Shown: positions 8,864 to 18,470 of the stretch, one piece after another
Position numbering within the stretch: position 1 is the stretch's first letter
Layout of the letters: the number at the start of each line of letters is the position of its first letter
Virus record (IMG/VR): IMGVR_UViG_3300020414_002119
Location: 1 to 30,007 of that record
Direction: 5' to 3' (one strand)
DNA length: 30,007 bases
Origin: a virus
Taxonomy: Duplodnaviria > Caudoviricetes
Program-made: the position numbers and the translations under genes
Notes under the pieces: model-generated
Told to the model about the DNA's origin: nothing
Database searches by the model: none
What the model saw: the letters and a program-made list of their open reading frames with translations, nothing else

Positions 8864-9979
8864 TCAAATCATCCCAGGTGGATAAGGGGGGTTCTTGAGA
8901 GCGTCTTGGTACACCTCATAGAGCTCCTGAATGGATTTGACAGGCTGATCGTAATAAGACGCACCGCCCTTGTAAGGCAGAGATGCCCACTCAGGAGAGA
9001 AGTTCGTCATCACATCAGTGAACTGATCGATGTTGCTGATCGGTGCAGAAGGATCTACGCCACGACGATTAGCTAGGAAATCGAAGGCGCGTTCTTGGCT
9101 TTCAGGACTGAAGTCACGGATATTGGGATTGGCTTTTGTGATGTCCTGCCAAGTATTATTCATGAACTGGTAAGCACCAGCTGCTTCTGAACTCGTGCCC
9201 CATGGAGTGGGATATGGGCTATTAGGGTGTCGAGAAAAGTCGTTAAGTAGACGAGGATTAGATTGACTATGACCAAACATCATGCGGTATGCATCAGGCC
9301 CTCGTGTTCCTTCTGCATGCTGCACAACCTGAGACAAGGCATATCTATTTGGATTAGTCATATCTGGTCCAGGACTATATCCAACATTTTGATAGGGATT
9401 ATTACCGCTAACTGGATATAACGCTTGTTTACCTCCTCCAGATTGTGGACTAACTGGATAAAGAGATTGCTCGCCATTTTGTTCAGGCATAGTCATGGTA
9501 GGAGATTGGAGTTGTTCAACTTGCTTACGTAGAGTTTCAAGGTCCTTCAAAATAGGGTCGTAGCCTGAAGTGTTCCCACTTTTGATAAGCGCTTCTCTGA
9601 GGCGAGAGTAATCAAGCTTCGGGATCTCCTTATCCTTCCTAAAGGCTTCAGCCAATGTATAGCCTGCCAAAGCAACCTTTCCGGCAAACTTTTTCCGATC
9701 CTCAATTTGCTGCCTAGTGCGATCTAATTTGTACTTGGTGTTGATATTGTCAATTTTAATTTTGCCTTCAAGCTCAGTTGTCTTTAATAAAGCTTCGTTG
9801 TTTCTCTTAGCAGTTCGCTCAAGAGAGACATTCTCAGCACCACTTAAAATTTGCTGAGCATAATTAGGACTACCTCGATCTACAGCCTTTTGAAGATTAA
9901 GTGCGTCTTGTCCTGCCTCTCGCCCAGATTGAACATATTCACCAGGGTTGGCACTTTCGGCTAAAGCAAAACGGTACAT
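8864..9979 (-). CDS. Lambda-R-like lysozyme / lytic transglycosylase (GH104-like) with ~200-aa N-terminal extension
   Basis: Motifs HAEGT, DFSRHP, SEAAGAYQF, DFSPESQ and EWASLP in the C-terminal half. Confidence 0.88.
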   Translation of the reverse strand: MYRFALAESANPGEYVQSGREAGQDALNLQKAVDRGSPNYAQQILSGAENVSLERTAKRNNEALLKTTELEGKIKIDNINTKYKLDRTRQQIEDRKKFAGKVALAGYTLAEAFRKDKEIPKLDYSRLREALIKSGNTSGYDPILKDLETLRKQVEQLQSPTMTMPEQNGEQSLYPVSPQSGGGKQALYPVSGNNPYQNVGYSPGPDMTNPNRYALSQVVQHAEGTRGPDAYRMMFGHSQSNPRLLNDFSRHPNSPYPTPWGTSSEAAGAYQFMNNTWQDITKANPNIRDFSPESQERAFDFLANRRGVDPSAPISNIDQFTDVMTNFSPEWASLPYKGGASYYDQPVKSIQELYEVYQDALKNPPYPPGMI

Positions 9980-10000
9980 TTACAACTTCCAGTACTAATC

Positions 10001-10027
10001 TAATTGTAATGAAGTCCAATACAATAG
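10001..10027. promoter_or_regulatory. Back-to-back promoter boxes: TACAATTA (-, 10001-10008) and TACAATAG (+, 10020-10027)
   Basis: Located between the divergent starts at 9979 (-) and 10060 (+). Confidence 0.6.
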
Positions 10028-10059
10028 ATAGAATAATAGAAGAGTGAGAAGTTAGGTTA

Positions 10060-11109
10060 ATGCGTCCTTTATACGACCCTGCTAAAGAAGCTACAGATCG
10101 TGCGGATCAGTATAAGAATAATGCTGCCAATACTCTCAAAGAGTTGAAAGCACAAGGTGGTTATAAACGTGGTGATGCTGACAATAACAACTCAGCAGCA
10201 GGTACAACAGCACAACAAGGACAAACACCAGGAGCAACAGGCGGGTATGGCGGTGTAACTAACTATGCTCAAATATCCCAGCAGTTCCAAAATTGGAAAC
10301 CAACCAGTGATTGGGGTAAGGCGCTTCAAGCAACTTACATGACTAATACGCTGCAAAGTTATAACGACATGCAGCAGGCTCAGTCCATGGCGTTTACAAA
10401 CGCTGGCATCCAAATGGACATGATGACAGCAACGGCTGCATTGGAGCTAGCTAACAAAGGAGCGCTATTAAATGAGGAGCAGAAAGCGGCACTGAACATG
10501 ATGGGTGCTCAGTTTGACTATGAGTCTCGTTTTGCTCAAGACGAATACAACCGGGATGTAGGAAAAGCTTCTCTAGGTACAGATTTGCAGATTCAGTTGA
10601 TGCAAGCGCAGGGTGATCAGACCCGAGCCAATTATCAGGTTCAAGGTTTTGAAAACCGTATGTCTGATATGGAAAAAGGTAATCAGCAGCGTTTGACTCA
10701 GGCACAAAGCAATATTGAGAAACAGCAACAGGCTCAGCAAGCCAATGAGCTGGGTAAGGATTCCGCCTCCTTTGCACAGGGTCTACAGAAAGACACAGCT
10801 GGTTATATGCAGGGGTTACAGAAAGACACTACGCAGTTCAATCAGGCTCTCGAAAAAGACTCTGCTGCATTCGGCCAAGCTTTGGGCAAAGATACAGCTG
10901 GATACCAGAGCGGCTTGCGTAAAGATGAAGCTCAGTTTGGTAGTGGGATTCGTAAAGATGAAGCTAGCTATGGAAGTAATATCCGTAAGTCAGAGCTGAC
11001 ACTCGAAAGTGATCTGCGAATGAAGGAAGCAGATTATGCAAACCGTCTTGAAGCAAGGACGCGAGCAGATCAGTCGAAGCGCTCCATTGGACGTGCGAGG
11101 GGCTTCTAA
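10060..11109 (+). CDS. Q/A-rich helical protein, 349 aa, with 11-residue repeats (candidate DNA-ejection/pilot protein)
   Basis: FAQGLQKDTAG / YMQGLQKDTTQ / FNQALEKDSAA / FGQALGKDTAG / YQSGLRKDEAQ / FGSGIRKDEAS. Confidence 0.8.
   Translation: MRPLYDPAKEATDRADQYKNNAANTLKELKAQGGYKRGDADNNNSAAGTTAQQGQTPGATGGYGGVTNYAQISQQFQNWKPTSDWGKALQATYMTNTLQSYNDMQQAQSMAFTNAGIQMDMMTATAALELANKGALLNEEQKAALNMMGAQFDYESRFAQDEYNRDVGKASLGTDLQIQLMQAQGDQTRANYQVQGFENRMSDMEKGNQQRLTQAQSNIEKQQQAQQANELGKDSASFAQGLQKDTAGYMQGLQKDTTQFNQALEKDSAAFGQALGKDTAGYQSGLRKDEAQFGSGIRKDEASYGSNIRKSELTLESDLRMKEADYANRLEARTRADQSKRSIGRARGF
10738..11040 (+). repeat. Degenerate 33-nt (11-aa) tandem repeat, about 9 units
   Basis: Periodic [FY]xxx[LI]xKD motif in the translation. 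Confidence 0.85.
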
Positions 11110-11648
11110 TGACAACCAAGGCAAAGCAAAGTTCCAAGGTATATCTGAGTGTTGTCGATAATTGGTTAGACACCCTACCGGCTGCAGACAGTGAGGATTT
11201 TAAAGAGTTTGCAGAAATTACTCCATCAACAATTGAAATCTGGGTTTATGCAGGAATTCTCGGATTCCAAGGGGGATTTAATGATTTGGCCCGATGGGTC
11301 AAAATGAAGTATAAGAAGCTCAATCGGCGTGAAATACTTAATAGCGAAATTGCAGCACTGCACTCTGATATCCAGGACTTACGAATGGCAATCACCTCCG
11401 GGGAGATTAAAGGTGACAATGGTTGTGCGAGGCTGGCCGCGCTTGAAAAAGAACTTAGATCGCATATTGAAACATCTGATCGGATGAATCGAATGACTGA
11501 CAAGCGTGGTCTGATCATGGCTGGTGCTGATCGAGTTATGCGTGAAATGACATCCATTTTCAAAGATGATCCACAGTTCTCTGAACCGATCGAAAATGCA
11601 ATGAATGCTGTATGGGCAAAGATTTATAGTGAGTTAAGTAATGGCTAG
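11109..11648 (+). CDS. Hypothetical protein, 179 aa; candidate terminase small subunit
   Basis: Helical/coiled-coil protein two genes upstream of TerL; function is a positional inference. Confidence 0.6.
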   Translation: MTTKAKQSSKVYLSVVDNWLDTLPAADSEDFKEFAEITPSTIEIWVYAGILGFQGGFNDLARWVKMKYKKLNRREILNSEIAALHSDIQDLRMAITSGEIKGDNGCARLAALEKELRSHIETSDRMNRMTDKRGLIMAGADRVMREMTSIFKDDPQFSEPIENAMNAVWAKIYSELSNG

Positions 11649-12045
11649 TCTTTATAATCCAGGTTTACCAGCAATCCCAGTAATACAAAGCGTATCGTCA
11701 GGTGACCTGAAAGCGGGTCTAGATTATTCATTACGTACACCCACTTCATCATTACAGTCAATATCGGCTCCACTAGATATCGGTGGTGTTAATTGGAAAG
11801 CAGTTGACGCAGCTGAGTTATTAAATGCGATTGGATATGTTTATGCACAAGATCGGATGCGTAATAAGCTCGCAAGTCAGCTTTCAAAAGCTGAAGAGCG
11901 TAGAACAGAAAGACGAGTAGCAGTGGGTCCTAAAGAAGCTAAGAAAGCACGAAAAAGAGTTGAGAGAGTTAAGAGAAAAGCAGCAAGTGGGTTGTTCAGG
12001 AATATGGCTGAGATTTTAAGGTTGAAGCAACAAAACCTATACTAA
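11641..12045 (+). CDS. Hypothetical protein, 134 aa, basic C-terminus
   Basis: 8-nt overlap with the upstream gene; K/R-rich helix. Confidence 0.7.
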   Translation: MASLYNPGLPAIPVIQSVSSGDLKAGLDYSLRTPTSSLQSISAPLDIGGVNWKAVDAAELLNAIGYVYAQDRMRNKLASQLSKAEERRTERRVAVGPKEAKKARKRVERVKRKAASGLFRNMAEILRLKQQNLY

Positions 12046-12064
12046 AAAGACAGTAAGAGGATAT

Positions 12065-13603
12065 ATGGCAATTCCTAGTGCCGCATTAGCATATAAACGG
12101 TCAGCTTTAATGACCGCCACAAAGATTACTGCAAAACCTCCTAGTCCTGAGGTTTTAAAAGCTAGGGATAACTTCCAAGATTTCTGTAAGTATATGGGTA
12201 AGGCTCCAGCCAAACATATGTTGGAGTGGCACAATGAATTATGTACAGGAGAAGATAGTGAATGTCTAATAGGAATCGGGGGACCAAACACATCGATCCT
12301 CGCACCCCGAGGATCTGCGAAGTCCACTGTCCTTGGTTTATTCGCTGCCTGGATGATTGGGAGACATGCAGCTGCGAAGCAAATGCTGCGAATTCTCTAC
12401 ATCGCATACATGGTCGATATTAGTCGTGCCAAATCGGCAACGATTAAAGGGATTCTTACATCAAATAAATACCGTGAGATCTTCCCAATGGTCCGACTCT
12501 CGAAGATCAAGCGGAGTGACGAGTATTGGAGTATTGATTACGAATTTGCAGAGATCGATACGGCAGGAGAAGAGGCATTCACAATTGCGTGTGGAGGTCT
12601 GAAAGGTGCAATTACCTCTAAACGATCACAGCTAGTTCTGATTGATGACCCTATTAAATCTGCGGCATCAATCAACAACCCAGACATTCGACGTGAAATG
12701 GAACAAACATGGAGCAACGTCATCGCTCCGACGATGTTTCAAGGTGCAAGAGCTATTTGTCTAGGAACGCGTTTCCACTTCGACGATATCCATGCAACCC
12801 TGTTTGTCCCTAAAAATGATTGGCGACAGATTGTACAGAAAGCGGTAATAACAGACGCAGACGGAAAGCAGCGTTCTTATTGGCCAGAATTCTGGTCAAT
12901 GAAGTATCTCAACGCTCGAAAGAAAGAGGATCGAGTTGCGTTTGCTTATCAGTATCTGAACACTGCAGTCAAATCAACAGACGTCGGCATTTCACCAGAG
13001 CTCATCATCAAAAATGTTGTACCTGAAGAGTACGACTGTCTTGGCGTTGGAATTGACCTGAGTGCAGGCTTGAGCGAGAAAAACGATTGGACAGTATTTA
13101 CTCTTGGAGGAATCAAGGACAACAAGATCTATTTGATCGACCAGCGTAGAGAGAGGACCATGGGGAATCTACAAAAAATGGATTCACTCTGTCAGATGCT
13201 TTCTGATTGGAACATCTTATTAGAGAATGAGGAGAACCAGTTTTTCCCAACAATGTCACCATGTGTCATTTGGCCTGAAGCTGTTGCATATCAGACATCG
13301 TTTGAAGGTGACTTTAAAAGAATCATGTTTGAAGATCGTGGCTTATACAACCTGACATGTTCTCCAGTCAAAGGCTTTAAAGGAGACAAACTAGCGCGAC
13401 TGAGAGGCGTATTAGGGTTGTACGAGCACAAGAGAATCGTATGGAACAAATGGAGAAAGTGGGATGTACTGGAAGAAGAGCTACTTAACTTTGGCCACTC
13501 TCAACACGATGATGCTGTTGACTCAATGGTGCTTACTATTGGAGGTCTTCTAAGGAGAGGCAATCTTCAATTAGACTACAATAGTAATAGTTTTGACCTA
13601 TAA
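12065..13603 (+). CDS. terL: Terminase large subunit
   Basis: Walker A APRGSAKST, Walker B LVLIDD, coupling motif LGTRFH, RNase H-like nuclease motifs GIDLS and HDDAVD. Confidence 0.93.
   Translation: MAIPSAALAYKRSALMTATKITAKPPSPEVLKARDNFQDFCKYMGKAPAKHMLEWHNELCTGEDSECLIGIGGPNTSILAPRGSAKSTVLGLFAAWMIGRHAAAKQMLRILYIAYMVDISRAKSATIKGILTSNKYREIFPMVRLSKIKRSDEYWSIDYEFAEIDTAGEEAFTIACGGLKGAITSKRSQLVLIDDPIKSAASINNPDIRREMEQTWSNVIAPTMFQGARAICLGTRFHFDDIHATLFVPKNDWRQIVQKAVITDADGKQRSYWPEFWSMKYLNARKKEDRVAFAYQYLNTAVKSTDVGISPELIIKNVVPEEYDCLGVGIDLSAGLSEKNDWTVFTLGGIKDNKIYLIDQRRERTMGNLQKMDSLCQMLSDWNILLENEENQFFPTMSPCVIWPEAVAYQTSFEGDFKRIMFEDRGLYNLTCSPVKGFKGDKLARLRGVLGLYEHKRIVWNKWRKWDVLEEELLNFGHSQHDDAVDSMVLTIGGLLRRGNLQLDYNSNSFDL
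13577..13584 (+). promoter_or_regulatory. Putative promoter box TACAATAG inside the terL 3' end
   Basis: 36 nt before the ATG at 13613. Confidence 0.5.
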
Positions 13604-13612
13604 AGTGAAATA

Positions 13613-14767
13613 ATGGCTAGAAACTTAGTTGGTAAGAAATATAAGGATATGCCTGCAGGGTATCGCAATAGGAACAGTCGGGCAGACTTTAGAGAGGATC
13701 GCCGTAGTCAGCGTAATACGATGAAAGATGAGGCTTTAGCTTCTCCTGTCGCTACCAATAAGCGAGGTGAGCCTCGAATGGCAGGTGATGAAGTCTTCAA
13801 TCTTGTTCGTGGTGAGAGCTTCGGTCAAACACGTAAACGTGCTCAGCAAGTTGATGAGCGCATTGAAAGAATGCAACGGCGACAGGATCGTGGGAGAAAT
13901 ATTAATGAGGAGCGTCTAGAAAATCGTCTTGCTAAGCAAGAGAGGCTACAGGACAGAATTGCTGCTCAAGAAGAGTTTGATGGCAGCATTGATTCGTACA
14001 ACTATTCTTCGTTTGGTGGTGAAGGTGCTGGCTTGAAGGATATTGAGTATCTATCAAAAGCTGGTTTTAATCCAAATGAAATTAAAGAAAATCTTGAAAG
14101 CCGAGGAATTAATAGGAGCAGTCGTGTTGATCAACTCCTGTCCAAGTACATGAATGAGAACATGCCTGAGGGCATTAAGCAACCAGTAACGGATGAACCT
14201 TCTATGGAGGCTCCTTCTGCTGAAGTGATTGAAGAAGTGCCAGATGAAGGAATTGCATTTGAGCCGCCATCGATTACAGACATTGATGTCAACCCAATGC
14301 CAATCAACCCTGGCGGTGGCGGTGGTGGGGGAGTAAGCCCGACGATCGCTACAGGCGTGATTGGTGGAGATACTGGAGCGGTTTCGCTGACAGATTCTTC
14401 TAATTACGGAACTATCAATACCGGAATCATCAATGATGTCCGTAATTATGGCGGTGGCTACTCAGCAGGAAGTAACAACACCGGTTTGGCTCAGGCTTAT
14501 GTGGATCTAATGGAAGAAAACCTCGATAAGTACAGTGGTGATAAGTATGGAATGTATATCACCGATTCACGAGCCAAGAAGGCGGATGATCTGCGGTCGA
14601 TCAATAGCAACGCGATTTATGGAGCGATGAACCAATTTGCGGGCAATATGTACGACCGTGGTCAAATCGTTGCTTCTAATCTCTACGGCGATCCTTACCG
14701 CTTCCCCACTGCACAGTACGGTGGATTCCAAGACTTTAGTCCAGCAGAAGAGAAAGAAAAGGCTTAA
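13613..14767 (+). CDS. Hypothetical protein, 384 aa (R-rich N-terminus, P/E/G-rich linker)
   Basis: Long ORF between terL and portal; no recognised domain. Confidence 0.8.
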   Translation: MARNLVGKKYKDMPAGYRNRNSRADFREDRRSQRNTMKDEALASPVATNKRGEPRMAGDEVFNLVRGESFGQTRKRAQQVDERIERMQRRQDRGRNINEERLENRLAKQERLQDRIAAQEEFDGSIDSYNYSSFGGEGAGLKDIEYLSKAGFNPNEIKENLESRGINRSSRVDQLLSKYMNENMPEGIKQPVTDEPSMEAPSAEVIEEVPDEGIAFEPPSITDIDVNPMPINPGGGGGGGVSPTIATGVIGGDTGAVSLTDSSNYGTINTGIINDVRNYGGGYSAGSNNTGLAQAYVDLMEENLDKYSGDKYGMYITDSRAKKADDLRSINSNAIYGAMNQFAGNMYDRGQIVASNLYGDPYRFPTAQYGGFQDFSPAEEKEKA

Positions 14768-14797
14768 ACTATAAATATATAGTGAGCAGCCAAGATA

Positions 14798-17032
14798 GTG
14801 CAAAAGTCTAATCATCTAGAACAGATCCTCTCTGCAGCTAAAGATCGTAGAGGGGATCTTAATGTAGACACTATGATCGTTTCATCCCATCTTGCACAGA
14901 TGCGGATGTTTATGCTCCGTCGTGGGTTGGAGTTCTTTTGCGAACAAGACAGCTACGGAAAAAGGGATGAGTTTCTAGCAAAAGTTGTTGAAGACAACAT
15001 GCTGGAGATGAAGCTGGATTCAATAGTTGACTATTTCTTGTGTGACGGTCAAGGCTTGTTTTACTTCCGTCCGTCCGGCGACACCTATCAATTACTTTAC
15101 TTCCCTAAAGATAGTTATCGATGCTATCGGGATCAGGCTGGTGATATTGACACGGTTGAACTGATCTACAGCTTCAATGTACGCGGCTCTAATCAGTTGG
15201 ACATGATGCCAACTCCAGATGGCAAGAAAAAGAAGTACATCCGGCTGCGTGTCTTTAAGGACAAAATCGAACAGACAGTATCGAACGAAAAGATTGAATT
15301 TGATGATACGAGTGGTTTCTTCCAAAATATGCAACAGGGTACTACTGAAACCCTTACAAATAGCTTGGGCTTTATTCCAGCAGTTGAAATTTTCAACCAT
15401 ATGGATTGCACAGGCGAATCCACAGGTAATGGAGAGTTTGATTGGTTAGCTAATCAGATCTTGTATCACGATGAGTTGGTTAGAAACGTAAGGAAAAACC
15501 TGCGCTTCTTTGGTAATCCAACACTGATTACAAGTCGTCCGAAGCACGACATTACTGAGTCAGGGGATGAGACCACCTTCCGACCAACCATCAGTTCTCA
15601 GGCTGGGTTTGTGGGAATGGGTCAAGCAAGTACTCGGATGTCGAGCCCATTTGGAGCTCCGTCTCCACTGGATGGTCAGATCAAGGTGCCTCGTGTCATT
15701 GCCAACCTTGAGCCAACTGACCGTATCAACTACCTGACGCCAGACAGCGTGTCCGGTGATCAGAACATGTATGTCAAGCAGTACCGCTCTGAGATCCGAC
15801 TGGCCCTGGGTGGAGTTGATGACATCGATATCGGACAAGCTTCAACTGCCTATGAAATTAAAAGTCTGTATGGAAGGGTCGCTGCAACTGCAGAAAAGAA
15901 ATGTCGAGCACTATTTACTTATGGGCTATGCAGGATCTTTTCAATGATGGTCACGCATGAGGAATATCTCTTCATGACGTCCTTTGCAACTGCAAGTGGT
16001 CTTCTTAAACCAGATCCACCATTAGTAGAAGATTTCAATGGTGATGTCGAAGCTTTGTCAGAAGCTCAAGTCAAATATGGCAAGGCTATGGCTAAGTTTT
16101 CAAAGGAACGTGATGAATTATTGCGTGCTACACTTGAGTCAGGCGAAATGCCTCCTGGAATTACAGGATTAGTCCCAGACGGAAGCACTAAAGTTTCCTG
16201 GCGTTGGACTGGTGAAGTATTTGAGGAACAATCACAAGACATCCTGAATAACAGTATTGTTGTTCGGAACCTTCAAGAATTAGGCGTCGACTCAGTCGAA
16301 GCACTCAAATACCTATTCCCCAGCAAAACCGACGAAGAAAGGGCAGGCATGTTGAGTGGCTATCCATTCCGAATGGTCAAAGAAACTCAGCAGTCTCTCG
16401 GGACTTTTATAAGTCTTCTCGGCAACATGTATCAGTTGCCTCACCCTCAGACGCCCAACCTACCGCTTGCGTCTGATCCCAATCTCGATATTACTCAATT
16501 CCTATATCGATCACTTGAATTTTTACGTAAGGAGCTAAGTTACAGTGGAAGGTACAAGTCAAACACCGACGATCCAAGCCCCGTCAAGCTCAGCGATGCC
16601 GACCGCATCCGTGCCGAGCGTGGCACCGAGCCAAGGGATGTCCGCACCTATCAGTTACCAGGCCTCACCGACAACGGCTTCGGTGGACCAGGCAGCATCA
16701 ATCCCAACCAGCCAAACCCCGCAGGCTTCAGCTCCTCAGGGGAATCCATGGCAGCAGGCGTTTCAGGCGCTGAGCGCAAGTCTGAATACGAGCAGCCCAT
16801 CCCAAGCCCCGGCAGCAACTTATCAATCCCAAGTAACGCCGACACCCCAGGCGGTGTACGCGGATCCTTGGGCTTCACAGGTGCCTTCAGCCCAAATCCA
16901 GGCAGCCCCGATTTCCAGTCCCCAAGCTACAACCCGGACATTCTCGGAACAGGAAGTAGCCCATCTGGTGGGTCAGGCTCAGGCACAAACAACCGACGCG
17001 TATCTAAGTCAAGTAAGCGACGAAAGTCTTGA
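14798..17032 (+). CDS. Probable portal protein with ~160-aa low-complexity C-terminal extension
   Basis: Size and position between terminase and capsid; portal-like segments (NSLGFIPAVEIFN, LRFFGNPTL). Confidence 0.75.
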   Translation: MQKSNHLEQILSAAKDRRGDLNVDTMIVSSHLAQMRMFMLRRGLEFFCEQDSYGKRDEFLAKVVEDNMLEMKLDSIVDYFLCDGQGLFYFRPSGDTYQLLYFPKDSYRCYRDQAGDIDTVELIYSFNVRGSNQLDMMPTPDGKKKKYIRLRVFKDKIEQTVSNEKIEFDDTSGFFQNMQQGTTETLTNSLGFIPAVEIFNHMDCTGESTGNGEFDWLANQILYHDELVRNVRKNLRFFGNPTLITSRPKHDITESGDETTFRPTISSQAGFVGMGQASTRMSSPFGAPSPLDGQIKVPRVIANLEPTDRINYLTPDSVSGDQNMYVKQYRSEIRLALGGVDDIDIGQASTAYEIKSLYGRVAATAEKKCRALFTYGLCRIFSMMVTHEEYLFMTSFATASGLLKPDPPLVEDFNGDVEALSEAQVKYGKAMAKFSKERDELLRATLESGEMPPGITGLVPDGSTKVSWRWTGEVFEEQSQDILNNSIVVRNLQELGVDSVEALKYLFPSKTDEERAGMLSGYPFRMVKETQQSLGTFISLLGNMYQLPHPQTPNLPLASDPNLDITQFLYRSLEFLRKELSYSGRYKSNTDDPSPVKLSDADRIRAERGTEPRDVRTYQLPGLTDNGFGGPGSINPNQPNPAGFSSSGESMAAGVSGAERKSEYEQPIPSPGSNLSIPSNADTPGGVRGSLGFTGAFSPNPGSPDFQSPSYNPDILGTGSSPSGGSGSGTNNRRVSKSSKRRKS

Positions 17033-17531
17033 AGTTCTTCAGCACTTCGGAGCAGAAGCTCCGGCTTTGTTGAACAACTACGCTTGCGCGGTTGAAGACG
17101 CATTGATTGAGCAAGTTCAGAACTTCCAACAGCAGGAGATGGTTCTGAAAGCCATGGGCGATCAGAACGGCGCAATGAACGTAATGCTGACCGATCCCGA
17201 TGTTCTCGCTGACTATGTCAATGAGTTCTATGGTCCAGAAGGTCCTTATCCGACTGAGACTGAAGCTGAGGAAGCTACACGTCTTCAAACAGAAGCACGC
17301 GCCCAGTTCGAGTCTGAGATTCAGGCACAAGAGCGATCCACTCAAGTACCTGCTTCATTCCAGCGTCCTCAGATGGACATGCCTACTCCCGGTCGCCAGG
17401 CAAGTGCCTCTGGTGATTTCTGGGGTGGCTTCAGCCAGTTGATGGATAACAATCCTGAGCAAGCATGGCAGTATCTGTCCTCTGCTCCTAATGGAGCACT
17501 TCAGGGCAAGCTCCTGGTCCAGGATTCCTGA
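16545..17531 (+). CDS. Probable capsid scaffolding/assembly protein, 328 aa, overlapping portal by 488 nt
   Basis: AAGGAG at 16529-16534, 10 nt before the GTG; Q/P/A/S-rich N-terminus, acidic helical C-terminus; followed by a hairpin. Confidence 0.7.
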   Translation: MEGTSQTPTIQAPSSSAMPTASVPSVAPSQGMSAPISYQASPTTASVDQAASIPTSQTPQASAPQGNPWQQAFQALSASLNTSSPSQAPAATYQSQVTPTPQAVYADPWASQVPSAQIQAAPISSPQATTRTFSEQEVAHLVGQAQAQTTDAYLSQVSDESLEVLQHFGAEAPALLNNYACAVEDALIEQVQNFQQQEMVLKAMGDQNGAMNVMLTDPDVLADYVNEFYGPEGPYPTETEAEEATRLQTEARAQFESEIQAQERSTQVPASFQRPQMDMPTPGRQASASGDFWGGFSQLMDNNPEQAWQYLSSAPNGALQGKLLVQDS

Positions 17532-17553
17532 TTAGTTAACTGATCAGTTCGAT

Positions 17554-17577
17554 AGGGGGTGTTTATTCACCCCCTTT
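17554..17577 (+). terminator. Putative terminator hairpin
   Basis: AGGGGGTG-TTTATT-CACCCCCT followed by TT (short U tract). Confidence 0.55.
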
Positions 17578-17584
17578 ACAATAG
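17577..17584 (+). promoter_or_regulatory. Putative promoter box TACAATAG
   Basis: 31 nt before the ATG at 17608. Confidence 0.6.
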
Positions 17585-17607
17585 ATATATAAAGTATTGG
17601 AAATACG

Positions 17608-18057
17608 ATGTATAGAGAAAGCGCATATCCAGGCCCCAACGCTCTTGATAGCAGCAGTTATACAAACCTCAATGGAGACCCACAGGGTGCACTAAAGCAG
17701 CAGCAGGCCGACCAAACAATCGTTGCTGATATCAATGCAGCTGGATCCCAAGATGCTGTTGATTCACTCAATTCTGTCAGAGAATCTTCTCGTGCAGAAT
17801 CACAAAGCCAGTATGACAGCAATAGGTTCCTAGCCACGTTTATGGCTGACCGGCTCGAAGCCAATGGAGGCGGCGCGAATCTTGCAGCTCTTGCCTATGA
17901 ACTTGCAGGTACTCCATCATTTGATGTCAATGTCCCATATATTCCTGGCAAGAATCTGGAAGGCGTTCCCAATGCAGACACCATGAGGGAACGGATCAAA
18001 CGCAAGTATTTGAAGAACCCAGGTGGTCAAATTCTTCCTCAGATCCCCCGTGCTTGA
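17608..18057 (+). CDS. Hypothetical protein, 149 aa
   Basis: ORF with upstream promoter box. Confidence 0.7.
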   Translation: MYRESAYPGPNALDSSSYTNLNGDPQGALKQQQADQTIVADINAAGSQDAVDSLNSVRESSRAESQSQYDSNRFLATFMADRLEANGGGANLAALAYELAGTPSFDVNVPYIPGKNLEGVPNADTMRERIKRKYLKNPGGQILPQIPRA

Positions 18058-18118
18058 TTAAGCTCTAATCATATTTAATTTGAGTACAATAAGAATATAT
18101 AGTTGGCTCTGAGATATT

Positions 18119-18424
18119 GTGCGCTTAGCTGCTAGTCAGATTAAAGATGATCCTGAAATTTTTCAGGCAATCTGGAAACATCTAAAAACTGATGGGATGC
18201 CAGATCAGGCAGCTAACCAGCTTACTGCTGAGATGATGACCCATGGGGATGATATTGAGACTTCTATTGAAAAATATGAGTACTACTATGATCTCTACAA
18301 AGAAAAGGGATTTAACGAGCATGCTGCCCAAGCATTAGCAGTTGAAGCATTGGAGGGTCGCGAAGAACCAGAGCCTTCAAAACGGTTCGCGATGATGCGA
18401 GAAGATTCAGATAATTGCATGTAA
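18119..18424 (+). CDS. Hypothetical acidic protein, 101 aa, with an internal duplication
   Basis: HLKTDGMPDQAANQLTAEMM resembles LYKEKGFNEHAAQALAVEAL; TACAATAA box at 18085. Confidence 0.7.
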   Translation: MRLAASQIKDDPEIFQAIWKHLKTDGMPDQAANQLTAEMMTHGDDIETSIEKYEYYYDLYKEKGFNEHAAQALAVEALEGREEPEPSKRFAMMREDSDNCM

Positions 18425-18470
18425 ATAGTCAGATTGCCTCCTATAATTCTGTTGGGAGAAATCCAGATAT

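Noticed and set aside
12065-13603. Intein or intron in terL
   Set aside because: 512 aa is a normal length, motifs are normally spaced and no splicing motifs were seen.
18415-18447. TTGCAT...TATAAT as a canonical -35/-10 promoter for the sigma gene
   Set aside because: The spacer is 21 nt, too long.
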